The notes: generated by a model not told the origin, from the letters alone. A DNA stretch of 64,000 nt from Promethearchaeota archaeon (GCA_048940445.1 JBHLON010000001.1:147454-211453); one strand, 5' to 3'; numbered from the stretch's first letter, positions 30,759 through 40,722 are shown. Program-made: numbers and translations.

Positions 30759-31901
30759 TTATAAGAATCCTAAAAGAAATTTATTTCCTAAATTAACATT
30801 GTCTAAATATTTTTTAGCTACTTTCAAACAATTTCGTACCTGATCCTTTGGAGTAATAGGGAGGTCTTGCATTTGGTAAGCTCGGTGGAATATTAGTAAG
30901 CTATATGGTATTTTCCTGTTTATACCTCCTACAAATCTTGCAATTTGTTCTACTTCTTCATAATTGACATATCCAGGGACCATTAAGGTACATGCACTTA
31001 TTTCTGGCATAGTTTCTCCCCTGGTGCCAAAATAATTTTCTGCTAAATATTGAAAATTTTCTAGGGTCCGCTTATTACTTACACCACATAAGGAAAGATT
31101 GAGTTTTTCAAAAAAAGCTTTTAAGTCAAACTTTATATTCCCTCCAGATTCTAATGCAATCTGCATGCTTTTTTCAGCTAAATCCCTTCTTCCGCTTCCA
31201 TTCCATTCCCAACAAACTCTAAATTTTCTTTTAGGCTCTTCATTTTTAATTTTTTCCAAAATTTTATTTGCTAAATTAATTGAGAAAGGTAATTGAGGTT
31301 CAGGAGTTCCTCCAAAATAACATATACAAGTAATTTTCTTATTTTTAGCAATTTGAGTTGCTAAAATTTCGACATCAGTTAAGGATTTTTTTGATATGTA
31401 CTTATGGGAGGAATTTTGACAGAAGAGACAATTGAACGAACATCCGTATAGGAATGCAGCATAAGAATATGTGCCAAATTCAGGTCCGTCAATGTTAGAA
31501 TAGTGCGGATATCCAGAAGATGTACCTGCTGGACAAAACCACGCATTACAGCAATTGGTAGGATTAGGATCTAGATAACCATGAATATAACCCTTAGAAT
31601 GTGTAGGATAAGGTAATGAGTCATCTTTATTTTTCGATACATTTCTTAATCCACAATAGCTAGTATCTTCAGAAGATAGAATGCATTCATTAATACAAAA
31701 GTCACATTTTAATCGAATATCTGATCCTTCTGCTTTTGGAGGTTTTTGGGGTAAGTTAATCAGATTTCTAACCTGACTATGTATTGAAAGGATATAGGGT
31801 TTGATAATTTCCCAGTCCTTATTAAAAATGCACTCACGACATACTGAAAGAACCTCTGAAATGAGTTGATCATTTTTTCCACAAAATTTGCATTGCCCTA
31901 C
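30759..31901 (-). CDS. radical SAM protein (AmmeMemoRadiSam/PflX-like), 380 aa, apparent GTA start
   Basis: Frame is stop-free for 214 codons upstream of the track's TTG: (V)GQCKFCG...CREC...CDFCINEC...YCGLR...DPNPTNCC...GCSFNCLFCQN...CYFGGTP. Confidence 0.9.
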   Translation of the reverse strand, partial: VGQCKFCGKNDQLISEVLSVCRECIFNKDWEIIKPYILSIHSQVRNLINLPQKPPKAEGSDIRLKCDFCINECILSSEDTSYCGLRNVSKNKDDSLPYPTHSKGYIHGYLDPNPTNCCNAWFCPAGTSSGYPHYSNIDGPEFGTYSYAAFLYGCSFNCLFCQNSSHKYISKKSLTDVEILATQIAKNKKITCICYFGGTPEPQLPFSINLANKILEKIKNEEPKRKFRVCWEWNGSGRRDLAEKSMQIALESGGNIKFDLKAFFEKLNLSLCGVSNKRTLENFQYLAENYFGTRGETMPEISACTLMVPGYVNYEEVEQIARFVGGINRKIPYSLLIFHRAYQMQDLPITPKDQVRNCLKVAKKYLDNVNLGNKFLLGFL

Positions 31902-31902
31902 G

Positions 31903-32565
31903 TTACATCACCGATTTTTTTAGCAAAAGGTAAGTTTGACCTTTTCTTTGTTTAGGATTTTTTTTAATCATAAATCCGTCAAATCCATTAGAAGTAAATG
32001 ATGATTGAAAAAGTGATAATTCTTCCTCATTATTTGGGTAAAATTCTATTATCGTTCTCCCATTTTTCTTTAAGATTTTGTTAAGCGATTTAGTAGTACT
32101 ATCTATTGAGATAGCTTTTTCTTTATAATGATTTATGTTATGTAAAATAAAATTATATGCTGAAATAGAAATTATGTGATCTATTGATTCCGTTCTTAAA
32201 GGTAAGTGTTTAATATCAGCGAGAATTAGATTTAGATTGGAACCTTGTTCTAAATAGTGTTTTTTATTTTTAGCTAGAGTTATCATATCTAATAAAACAT
32301 CTATACCTAGAACTTTAAATCCGGAATCTATTAGCACTTCTGAAGAAAATCCAGTTCCACACCCTAAATCCAAGATTAGATAAGAATGGTTATCCAGAAT
32401 ATCCCCTCTTCCCACCATATCCAACTTTTTGTCAAATAAGTATCTGAGACAACGCATTGCAGTTTTCTTTTGATTCCTTTCCATCCATTTAGAGTTATCA
32501 TACTCATATGATTTATGACCAATATAAGAATCTGGAAATTCTGGAAGCTTATTTTTTCGCGTCAT
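31903..32565 (-). CDS. Bud23/WBSCR22-like SAM-dependent (SSU rRNA m7G) methyltransferase
   Basis: PE..Y....SYEY...Q...., ILDLGCGTGFS, IISISA, EFYP, GFDG...NP...K..YLLL match the Bud23 pattern. Confidence 0.75.
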   Translation of the reverse strand: MTRKNKLPEFPDSYIGHKSYEYDNSKWMERNQKKTAMRCLRYLFDKKLDMVGRGDILDNHSYLILDLGCGTGFSSEVLIDSGFKVLGIDVLLDMITLAKNKKHYLEQGSNLNLILADIKHLPLRTESIDHIISISAYNFILHNINHYKEKAISIDSTTKSLNKILKKNGRTIIEFYPNNEEELSLFQSSFTSNGFDGFMIKKNPKQRKGQTYLLLKKSVM

Positions 32566-32692
32566 ACAGAACAACAAATATAAAAATCAGATAAACTATT
32601 TAAATAGGTAAACGAATATATATTTGTTAAAAATAAACAACAATCACCAAATTAAGACTGATTATAATCTAATATTGAAGATAGAGAGTAAA

Positions 32693-33085
32693 ATGGCTGA
32701 GAAGAAAACTATACTGGTCGTCGACGATGAACCCGATATTGTTAACCTTACACAAAAATTTTTAGAATTAGAGAAATATAATACAATAACTTGTAACAAC
32801 GGTAAGGAAGCTTTGAAGATTGTGGAAGAAAAGTTCAGCGAAATCATCCTAATCTTACTTGATCTTATGATGCCTGGAGTTAGTGGTTATGATGTATTAC
32901 GAAACATAAAATCCAGTGATCTTTATAAAGATATATTAGTAGTTATTTTTACCGTTAAAAGTTTCAACGAAGATATTCAAAAAGGGAAAGCATTAGGAGC
33001 AGATGGATATATTACAAAACCTTTTTCAGGGAAAGATTTATTAAAGTACGTTAAAAATCTATTAAAGGAAAAAGGAAAGCTTTAA
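32693..33085 (+). CDS. single-domain response regulator (CheY-like receiver)
   Basis: ILVVDDE, ILLDLMMPGVSG, GADGYITKPF. Confidence 0.93.
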   Translation: MAEKKTILVVDDEPDIVNLTQKFLELEKYNTITCNNGKEALKIVEEKFSEIILILLDLMMPGVSGYDVLRNIKSSDLYKDILVVIFTVKSFNEDIQKGKALGADGYITKPFSGKDLLKYVKNLLKEKGKL

Positions 33086-33132
33086 GATTCACTTTCTTTT
33101 TCTTGTTTTTTAATTAACATTAAGGTACCCTT

Positions 33133-34329
33133 TTATATCACCCAAAAATAATAAACCAAAATCAAAATAATTATCGAAAATACTGAAAGAATACAAACTG
33201 TTTTTCTAATCATGTGTTTAATGTGAGTTCGAGGCATTCTATCTTCTTGATTTAGCAATTTTGGAAATAAGTTATGATCATGCGGTTCAATTTGATACCA
33301 ATATGATGTGGAAGACCAATCATCTTTTCTATGGTTGTCATGACCATGTTCTATGGATACAATTATTCCTTTATTGAAATATATTGGATCTTCTATATGG
33401 TAACGATAATAAGTAATTTTACCCCACCAGTTAAATCCTCCGGGTAAAATTGTACCATGATACGGTGCATGATACATAGTGCTCTGACTCCATGCTTGGT
33501 TAACATAATCTTCTGTTCCTGTTCCTTTTAAGGTAGGGCTTTTTTTCTGGATATCGTCATCAATAAATATCATATCATCACCTTCACCTGGCCAATTTAA
33601 AAACCATGGCATAAAAGTTATATTATCAATATCTAAATGACAACCGACATAGTGTCCTTTGCCTCTTGCTTCAAGGATTTTATAATTATACTTTAAGGGG
33701 TCTTGATTCTTACCAGAGAACATAAATTTAATTGGTTTTGTAATTTTAAACTTTTTCCCTGAGTGAGCATCTACTCTTTTTACATTTGGAGGATTCTCTC
33801 GTCGCCATTGTACATGGAATCTACCATAATAGTTATTACTCTCAATACCTTCTTCATAAATCTCATAATCAATATAATAATACATTTTAACTTTCTTTGA
33901 TGTATCATTTTCAATCGTTATTTTAAATCCATTTGAATAAGGCATTGGCCACCAACAATTAAAACCTCTTCCATTCCTAGGGCTCATCTGTAACGGCAGT
34001 GAGACAAAGTTCTTTTGCTTCCCATGCCCCATTCCGAAAAAGTCTCCAATTGGCGCCTCTACACTTGGTTTATCATTAGGTTCACCATCCCAATACATTC
34101 TAATTATCACATTCCGTAAAAAATATTTTGCCTTACAAGCCATAGTGCACCATATGTGGGTAATACATCCAACTCCATTATCACTTGCTAATAATGGCCT
34201 TTCTCCAGGACCTATAGTAATCCAGTCTACATTTCCCCCTGTTTTATCATGACTAGATATTCTTCTTCGTTTCACGAAGTCTGGTCTAATTTTAGCAATA
34301 TTGTTTAAACTTGATCTACCAATTTTCAT
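33133..34329 (-). CDS. GH172 (DUF2961) glycoside hydrolase with C-terminal TM anchor
   Basis: SSHDKTGGN, ITHIW, PIGDFFG, WPMPY, GEGD, GTGTEDY, YRYH, EHGH; hydrophobic C-terminus. Confidence 0.9.
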   Translation of the reverse strand: MKIGRSSLNNIAKIRPDFVKRRRISSHDKTGGNVDWITIGPGERPLLASDNGVGCITHIWCTMACKAKYFLRNVIIRMYWDGEPNDKPSVEAPIGDFFGMGHGKQKNFVSLPLQMSPRNGRGFNCWWPMPYSNGFKITIENDTSKKVKMYYYIDYEIYEEGIESNNYYGRFHVQWRRENPPNVKRVDAHSGKKFKITKPIKFMFSGKNQDPLKYNYKILEARGKGHYVGCHLDIDNITFMPWFLNWPGEGDDMIFIDDDIQKKSPTLKGTGTEDYVNQAWSQSTMYHAPYHGTILPGGFNWWGKITYYRYHIEDPIYFNKGIIVSIEHGHDNHRKDDWSSTSYWYQIEPHDHNLFPKLLNQEDRMPRTHIKHMIRKTVCILSVFSIIILILVYYFWVI

Positions 34330-34558
34330 AAATACTCATTTAAATTTTTAGGTGATATTAATAAAATTGTATTATAACTTAATTAAATATAAATATATCA
34401 ATTCTTAAAAAAAGCATAATAAGACTTTTCATTTTTTTTCTTTAGTTGAGTTTTTGGTCGATATCCTTATTACAGAAAACTTCCCAATTATATTATCAAA
34501 TCTAAAAATTTTTATATTTCCTAATTATTATTTAATAACAACCTAGATATGATGATCT

Positions 34559-35185
34559 ATGGCGACTGGAGGGTTTGTTCCTGAACCAGCGGAATTTAAC
34601 ACAATAATCACGATGCTGGGATGCTTATGTGCTACAGTCCAATTAGGAACAGGAATATATGCGGCATATAAGAAGAGAAAAATTGCTTTAATCAAGACTA
34701 ATGACGCTTTATTTAGAGCTCATAGAGCGTTTGGAAGTTTTGCTACAGTTTTTTACTTTTTAGGTTTATTTGCAGGATTATCTGGATTTATAGGTGCAAT
34801 CTTATTAAATAACCCCCCCTTTGAAATCTTGGATATCAGTTTTAACATTCACGTATGGCCTAGTTTCTTAGTGATGGTTGTAATCATTTGGAAGACTTTG
34901 ATCTCTTATTTCAAGAAACCTTTAGTTTATAAACAAGGTAAATGGTTAGGTATTGCAACTTTTGTTGCATGGGCTTATACATGGATCACATCAGCTGTTT
35001 CTTTTTATCTTAGGACATTACCTTCAAATCCGCAACATTCTGAGCCATTATATTTACTTGATATTGAATTAATTGTCCTCCAGATCATATTACCCTTCAT
35101 AATTGGGGTCTTAATTAGTTATTTTGTTTTAAAGGCTGCGGATAAAATTGAAAAAAAAAAATTAATTGCTAGTCAAAAGAAATAA
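34559..35185 (+). CDS. integral membrane protein with two TM histidines (cytochrome b561/DUF6529-like)
   Basis: About 5 TMs; RAHRAFG and NIHVW. Confidence 0.55.
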   Translation: MATGGFVPEPAEFNTIITMLGCLCATVQLGTGIYAAYKKRKIALIKTNDALFRAHRAFGSFATVFYFLGLFAGLSGFIGAILLNNPPFEILDISFNIHVWPSFLVMVVIIWKTLISYFKKPLVYKQGKWLGIATFVAWAYTWITSAVSFYLRTLPSNPQHSEPLYLLDIELIVLQIILPFIIGVLISYFVLKAADKIEKKKLIASQKK

Positions 35186-35766
35186 TACTGCAATTATACC
35201 CAGATTAACTTAATCACTTCAGGATTATTCCTCTTTTTACTTTTCCTAATTCAATTCTAAGCTTTTTAAAGAAAGGGTGTAACGCAATAAGAGTATGCTT
35301 TATATATTAAATTGAATAGGTCAAATATTTTTGATGAGAAATTAGTTGAAGATAAGGGTTTTGTGTATAGAAAAGTGGGAGAAGGGATTAATAACCCTTT
35401 TTAATAATTTAAAATTTTTTGTCTCAAGCTTTCACTTCGCTTTAAAGACTAAATCCTAATATTTTTGATTTAGTCCTTGAGATCTTTATTAGAATTTATT
35501 TTTTTTTTTTGTCTTCTTCTTTTTAAATATCGGAAACATGAGACAACACCATCAATGATACCTCATCCTGAGCAAAATTGCTCGTCTGATTCCGTTTCAC
35601 CAATTCTATATTTCCATTCAGACATAGATCATTCAATTTTATTAATTTATTATTTAGAGTAATAAGTTGAAATTATTAAAGCATATTTGTTATATTTAAT
35701 AATTTTAGAAACTTACTAAAATTTTGAAATATTTCGTAAAATAATATAGAAAAAAAGTGAAGCATT

Positions 35767-36033
35767 ATGGGTATAAAAGATGAACTCTCAGAAATGAGAA
35801 AAAGTATGAATCGAATGGCTGAGGAATTGCATGAGACAAATAAGGCAATCAGAGAATCATTAAAGCTAACCTCTGATACTATAAATAATATGAGTGAAAA
35901 CTTTTCCAAAACATTAGAGGAATCTCTCAAGATAATGCGGGATATGAAGATTCAAATGGATTTTAAGGACACTATATTTAAAACTCTAGGAATCGATGGC
36001 TTATTAGCTGATTTTTTGAAGAGGAAAAGATAA
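35767..36033 (+). CDS. small coiled-coil protein
   Basis: Heptad-like Met/Leu/Glu/Lys pattern; AAGTGA RBS. Confidence 0.7.
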   Translation: MGIKDELSEMRKSMNRMAEELHETNKAIRESLKLTSDTINNMSENFSKTLEESLKIMRDMKIQMDFKDTIFKTLGIDGLLADFLKRKR

Positions 36034-36038
36034 GCGCT

Positions 36039-36227
36039 CTATTCCTTTCGCCGATTTTTAAATACAAAATACAATATTATAAGAGAGATTATGTAAACTA
36101 TAGTTATAATAAACCATATGACAAAATCAGTCGTAGATTGATTAATAAGTGCTTCAATAGTTTTATATATAAAAAAAATACTAAAGAGTCCTAATAAAGT
36201 TATTCGAGAGCGTAATTGATTGTTCAT
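36039..36227 (-). CDS. small two-TM membrane protein
   Basis: Two hydrophobic helices, basic C-terminus. Confidence 0.6.
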   Translation of the reverse strand: MNNQLRSRITLLGLFSIFFIYKTIEALINQSTTDFVIWFIITIVYIISLIILYFVFKNRRKE

Positions 36228-36323
36228 AATAGACTAAATTCTCAATTCTTTATTAAATAAAATAATTTTTAAAATTATAAGTATAATACACATTATTAAA
36301 TTACGTTTTAATTGAACAATAAT

Positions 36324-36524
36324 ATGTCAAAAAATCCTCCTTTTTGTTATATTTGTGGCAAAAAATGTGAAGACCTTCTAAATGAGTGTTATTACTGTAT
36401 CTGTGACATTACGGTATGTAATGATTGTATAAATTCGGTTAAAAAAGATGAAACTACTTGGATTTGCCCACATTGTCATGAAAGCCATACTATAGAAAAA
36501 ACTAAACTGTTTCGAGACATTTAA
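36324..36524 (+). CDS. stand-alone Cys-rich zinc finger, C4C4 RING-like
   Basis: CYIC...CICDITVCNDC...WICPHC. Confidence 0.75.
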   Translation: MSKNPPFCYICGKKCEDLLNECYYCICDITVCNDCINSVKKDETTWICPHCHESHTIEKTKLFRDI

Positions 36525-36626
36525 ACATTAGATTCTTTCAAATTTTTTACCTTTAAATAAAGATATAAATAAATATAAACATTCTAATTTTCTATGTATT
36601 TAATAGATATAATTAGGTAGGACTAT

Positions 36627-37121
36627 ATGACTAAAATCTCGAAAATTTTAGAAATTGAAAATTGCAACAAAGCTAATTTATTAAAAGCAATCTATTCACC
36701 TAAATTCTGGGAAGAAATTAAACCCACTAAAAAGTTGGAAGCCCAATTCATCGCTCCTAACGTTCTTTTTACTAAAGTATATGATGAAATTAACATTATT
36801 AAGGTACCAATAGAAATGGAAGGGGAGTTAGTACTGGATGACAAAGGGGAGGAAGAAGGTAAAGGTAGATTAATTGAATTTAACGTAAGGAATAATAAAG
36901 ATGTAAAAGAGTTGGAAGGAAGATTAAGAATTAAAGAGTTGAGTTCCAATAAATCCAAAGTGGGAGTATTTATCGAGAATTTTGTATTAAGTAGTGATTT
37001 TCTGAATTTAATAGGTGGAGCTGCTGATCTTACTCTGCAACTAAAAATAACTGAGATGTTAAGAAATCTAGAAAAGTATTGTAAGACTAAAAATCTAAAC
37101 GATTTATTAGAAAAAAATTGA
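36627..37121 (+). CDS. SRPBCC/START-like fold protein
   Basis: beta-helix(W)-seven-strand-long C-terminal helix pattern. Confidence 0.5.
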   Translation: MTKISKILEIENCNKANLLKAIYSPKFWEEIKPTKKLEAQFIAPNVLFTKVYDEINIIKVPIEMEGELVLDDKGEEEGKGRLIEFNVRNNKDVKELEGRLRIKELSSNKSKVGVFIENFVLSSDFLNLIGGAADLTLQLKITEMLRNLEKYCKTKNLNDLLEKN

Positions 37122-37203
37122 TTTTCTTATACCAAAGAAATTTATTAAAGAAGGTTTATAATTTACTTAGAAGTAGTATCGAATAATTTTGGGGTAAACA
37201 GAT

Positions 37204-38052
37204 ATGAATATCTGGATTTTGGATTCACAATCTGGTATAACATTATTATATAAATCATATTTAGATTTGGTTCTCAATGAAGATTTAATTTCGGGTTTAT
37301 TAACAGCAATTAATCAGTTTACTGTCTTCGAATTAAAACAAGGTATTGAAAGTATTGATATGTCTGGCTTACGGTGGGTATACTTAGAAGATCATGAATT
37401 AAATTTACTCTTTATAGCAGCTGCGGAAAAGGATGTTAGTGCAGACATTCTAAAAGCGAGGCTAAATATAATAATGTTAACTTTCATACAACAATACGCC
37501 CAAAATAAAGAAGAATGGAAAGCTTTATGGAAAGGAAACACAGATCTTTTTAATCCATTCAAAGATGTAATAGATGAATACTATTCCCAATGGTTAACAG
37601 CTGAAAATGTAAGCACTTTAGCCGAATATTTCGACATATTAGGAGTATTCCAACAGATTTTGAATTTACTAACTAATGTTATCGAAGCGCATTTTCATCC
37701 TGATAGTAAAGAAAGAATTTATGAACTTATCGAAAGAATGTTTGCCAATTATTTAAATCATGATTATGTGCAACAACATCAAGAACTAAGAAAGTTTTCA
37801 TTTAATCGAGCTACAGGGATTAATATTATTAGTATAGATCCTAAAAATGTTGATATGATTATAGTTGAAAAACAGATTGTCAATTTAATCAGAAGGATTG
37901 TAGAGATGATTAAATCTGAGGTTGGGTATCAGAAATCCTTAAATTACTTTATAGAAGAAAATATTTTTGAATATTTAGTATCAAATTTAACATTATTAAA
38001 CGAATTAAATCTCTTCAAATTTCTATTACAACTCTTCTTGCTAAATAAATAA
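37204..38052 (+). CDS. longin-domain protein (eukaryotic-signature type) with helical C-domain
   Basis: IWILDSQSGITLLYKSY...EDLISGLLTAINQF...IESIDM...LLFIAAA...LNIIMLTFIQQY...WKGNTDLFNPF. Confidence 0.8.
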   Translation: MNIWILDSQSGITLLYKSYLDLVLNEDLISGLLTAINQFTVFELKQGIESIDMSGLRWVYLEDHELNLLFIAAAEKDVSADILKARLNIIMLTFIQQYAQNKEEWKALWKGNTDLFNPFKDVIDEYYSQWLTAENVSTLAEYFDILGVFQQILNLLTNVIEAHFHPDSKERIYELIERMFANYLNHDYVQQHQELRKFSFNRATGINIISIDPKNVDMIIVEKQIVNLIRRIVEMIKSEVGYQKSLNYFIEENIFEYLVSNLTLLNELNLFKFLLQLFLLNK

Positions 38053-38127
38053 GAATTTATCAAGATTTATTAAAAACAATTTATTTAAATTATTAATAGT
38101 AATCTCCTCCATAGCGTCGTTGTACAA

Positions 38128-39456
38128 ATGAATGTTCCAGTTCTTATCATTCTATTCATACTTTTTATCTTAATAATATTAAGTTACTCTATTAAAAATA
38201 CTGATTTTGTTGCTATTTCCTTACTTTGCATGTTCACGGGAGCAACTATTGCTTTTGTGGCTTTAAACGTTCAATTTACGGATTTTATTCAAATGGTCGA
38301 GTGGCAAGCAATAATCATAATTCTTAGTATGAGTTTAATAACCAAAATAGCTCAAGATTCAAATATCTTAGAATACGTAGCTGTTAAATTATTTAAACTT
38401 TCTAAAGGAAATCAAAGAATATTCCTATATCTTCTGTGTATTATTACTACTTTATTAGCAGCTATTATTACTGATGTGGTGGTTGTTTTGATTTTAGCTC
38501 CAGTAGTGGTCCGGTTATGTCATTTTTTAAAAATAAGAGCTGGTACTTATTTGTTGGGTATGACAATATGTATAAATATTGGTTCAATGATGACTCCCTT
38601 TTCAAGTGGAGAAAACATCATCATTACTACTTACACTTGGACGTCAGCAGTACCTGAGTTGAATACCCTATATTTTATCCAATATTATTGGATATTTGCC
38701 TTCTTATTGCTCTTTTTAACAGTATTTCTGATTGATAAATTCTTATTGTCAAAAGAACCTAAAATCGAAGAACAGCAAAAGCAATTTGTATTAGAATTAG
38801 TAGATGCTGATATTATGATAAAAAATAAAAAATATTTCTATTTCAATAGTATTGCCATAATTATTACAATAGCCCTATTTGCAATCCTTCCTGTTCTCTA
38901 TTTAACAGCCATAATCTCTGCTTTAATTCTTGTAATTGTGAATAAGAGGTTTACTAAAAAGCCAATGGGAGAATTACTTAGGGATATTGAATGGGAAATT
39001 ATATTTTTCTTCATCGCTCTATATGTCATTGTCGGTTCTCTTATACAAGCAGGATTTGATGAAATTTTTCAAACAATACCTTTTCAACTCATAGATCCAA
39101 TACTACTTTCCTTTCTACTCCTCATTGCAATTTCTCTAATTTCGGGATTTGTAGCTAACACTCCAACCGCTTTAATATTCTTGCCTATAATTAATACTTT
39201 AATATCTCCAGGAGGATCTTTTGCACCTTTTCCTTATATTCCTCTCGTATTTTCCTTAATCGTTGCGATTAATTTAGGAGGTAATTTTATACCACAAGGA
39301 GCAGCAGCAGATATGATGACTTTAAAAGTAGCAAGAGATAATGATGTGGAAAATCTAAATTATAGAAGGCTATTAAAGATGGGTGCAATTTTTGCAACAA
39401 TTCATTTATTATGCGCAATGCTTTATTTAGTTATTCTTATACCATTTTCAGGATAG
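38128..39456 (+). CDS. IT-superfamily (ArsB/NhaD/SLC13, P-protein-like) permease
   Basis: NIGSMMTPFSSGENII, SGFVANTPT, NLGGNFIPQGAAA. Confidence 0.85.
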   Translation: MNVPVLIILFILFILIILSYSIKNTDFVAISLLCMFTGATIAFVALNVQFTDFIQMVEWQAIIIILSMSLITKIAQDSNILEYVAVKLFKLSKGNQRIFLYLLCIITTLLAAIITDVVVVLILAPVVVRLCHFLKIRAGTYLLGMTICINIGSMMTPFSSGENIIITTYTWTSAVPELNTLYFIQYYWIFAFLLLFLTVFLIDKFLLSKEPKIEEQQKQFVLELVDADIMIKNKKYFYFNSIAIIITIALFAILPVLYLTAIISALILVIVNKRFTKKPMGELLRDIEWEIIFFFIALYVIVGSLIQAGFDEIFQTIPFQLIDPILLSFLLLIAISLISGFVANTPTALIFLPIINTLISPGGSFAPFPYIPLVFSLIVAINLGGNFIPQGAAADMMTLKVARDNDVENLNYRRLLKMGAIFATIHLLCAMLYLVILIPFSG

Positions 39457-39465
39457 TTTTTTCTT

Positions 39466-40722
39466 TCAAGGAAAAAAGCCTCTTAATTCTATAGCTTTAG
39501 CAAGTCTTCCAACAGCAATAATATAAGCTGCTGTCCGAAGGTTAATACTTCTTTTTTGAGAGATTCTATAAGTTTCCTCAAACGCATCCAAAATAATCCT
39601 CTTTAATTCTTCATTAATTCGATCTAATTTCCAAAAGTATGAATGAATGTCTTGGATATATTCGAAATAAGACACACAAACACCGCCACTATTAGCTAAA
39701 ATATCAGGTAATACATGAATACCTTTCTTAAATAGTATCTTATCAGCTTCAGGAGTTGTGGGACCATTTGCTCCTTCCAAAATGATTTTGCAATCTATTT
39801 TTTCAGCATTCTTTAGAGTAACTTGATTCTCAATTGCTGCTGGAATTAACACATCGCATTTAGTCGTAAGTAGGATTTCATTTGTAATGAATTTGTATCT
39901 ATTATCCTTATAATCTTTTAAATAATTACCTTGATTAACCCATTCCAAAAGTTTAGGAACATCTAACCCCTCTTCACAAAATATACCTGTTGAGACATCT
40001 GATATTGCTAGAATTTTACATCCATCATCATAAAGGATTTTTGCTATCGTTCCACCAACATTTCCACACCCTTGCACGACATAACTCAGTTGTTTGAAAT
40101 CATAATTTAGTTTTTGACATAACCCTTGCAACACAAAATAGAGTCCCATACCCGTTGCAGATTCTCTCCCAACAGAACCTCCAATTTCAATAGGCTTCCC
40201 TGTTACTACACCTGGAATTGATCTACCTTTTTGCATTGAATATGTATCCATAATCCAAGCCATTACTCTCTTATCTGTGGCGATATCTGGAGCAGGAACA
40301 TCAATATCTGGACCAATAACATTGATAATTTCCGCAGTATATCTTCGAGTTAACCTTTCTAACTCTCCAGGTGAAAGTTTTCGGGGCTCTACACAAACAC
40401 CTCCTTTTGCTCCTCCTAGTGGTAAATTTAATAAGCTAGTCTTGAACGTCATCCAAGTAGCTAAAGCTTTGACTTCATCTAAGTAAACATTTGGTGAATA
40501 TCTAATACCACCTTTTCCAGGACCTCTTACAGTAGAATGATGTACACGATAGCCTTCATATATTTTCAATGACCCATCATCCATAATGATTGGAATTGAA
40601 ACGATTAAGGCACGTTCAACTCTCTTAAGATATTCAGCCACATTAGGATGTAGTCCTATTTCCTTTGCGACAATATCAATTTGCTTTTTAGCAACATCAA
40701 AAGGGTTAATATCATTGGGCAT
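39466..40722 (-). CDS. gdhA: Glu/Leu/Phe/Val dehydrogenase (glutamate dehydrogenase 1)
   Basis: GPGKGGIRY, GGAKGG, DVPAPD, TGKP, QGCGNVG, EGANGPTT, NSGGV. Confidence 0.95.
   Translation of the reverse strand: MPNDINPFDVAKKQIDIVAKEIGLHPNVAEYLKRVERALIVSIPIIMDDGSLKIYEGYRVHHSTVRGPGKGGIRYSPNVYLDEVKALATWMTFKTSLLNLPLGGAKGGVCVEPRKLSPGELERLTRRYTAEIINVIGPDIDVPAPDIATDKRVMAWIMDTYSMQKGRSIPGVVTGKPIEIGGSVGRESATGMGLYFVLQGLCQKLNYDFKQLSYVVQGCGNVGGTIAKILYDDGCKILAISDVSTGIFCEEGLDVPKLLEWVNQGNYLKDYKDNRYKFITNEILLTTKCDVLIPAAIENQVTLKNAEKIDCKIILEGANGPTTPEADKILFKKGIHVLPDILANSGGVCVSYFEYIQDIHSYFWKLDRINEELKRIILDAFEETYRISQKRSINLRTAAYIIAVGRLAKAIELRGFFP

Noticed and set aside
35422-35482. Hammerhead-ribozyme-like three-way layout on the minus strand (…CUUUAAA GC GAA GU GAAA…)
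   Set aside because: Lacks the CUGANGA core and a correctly placed NUH cleavage triplet
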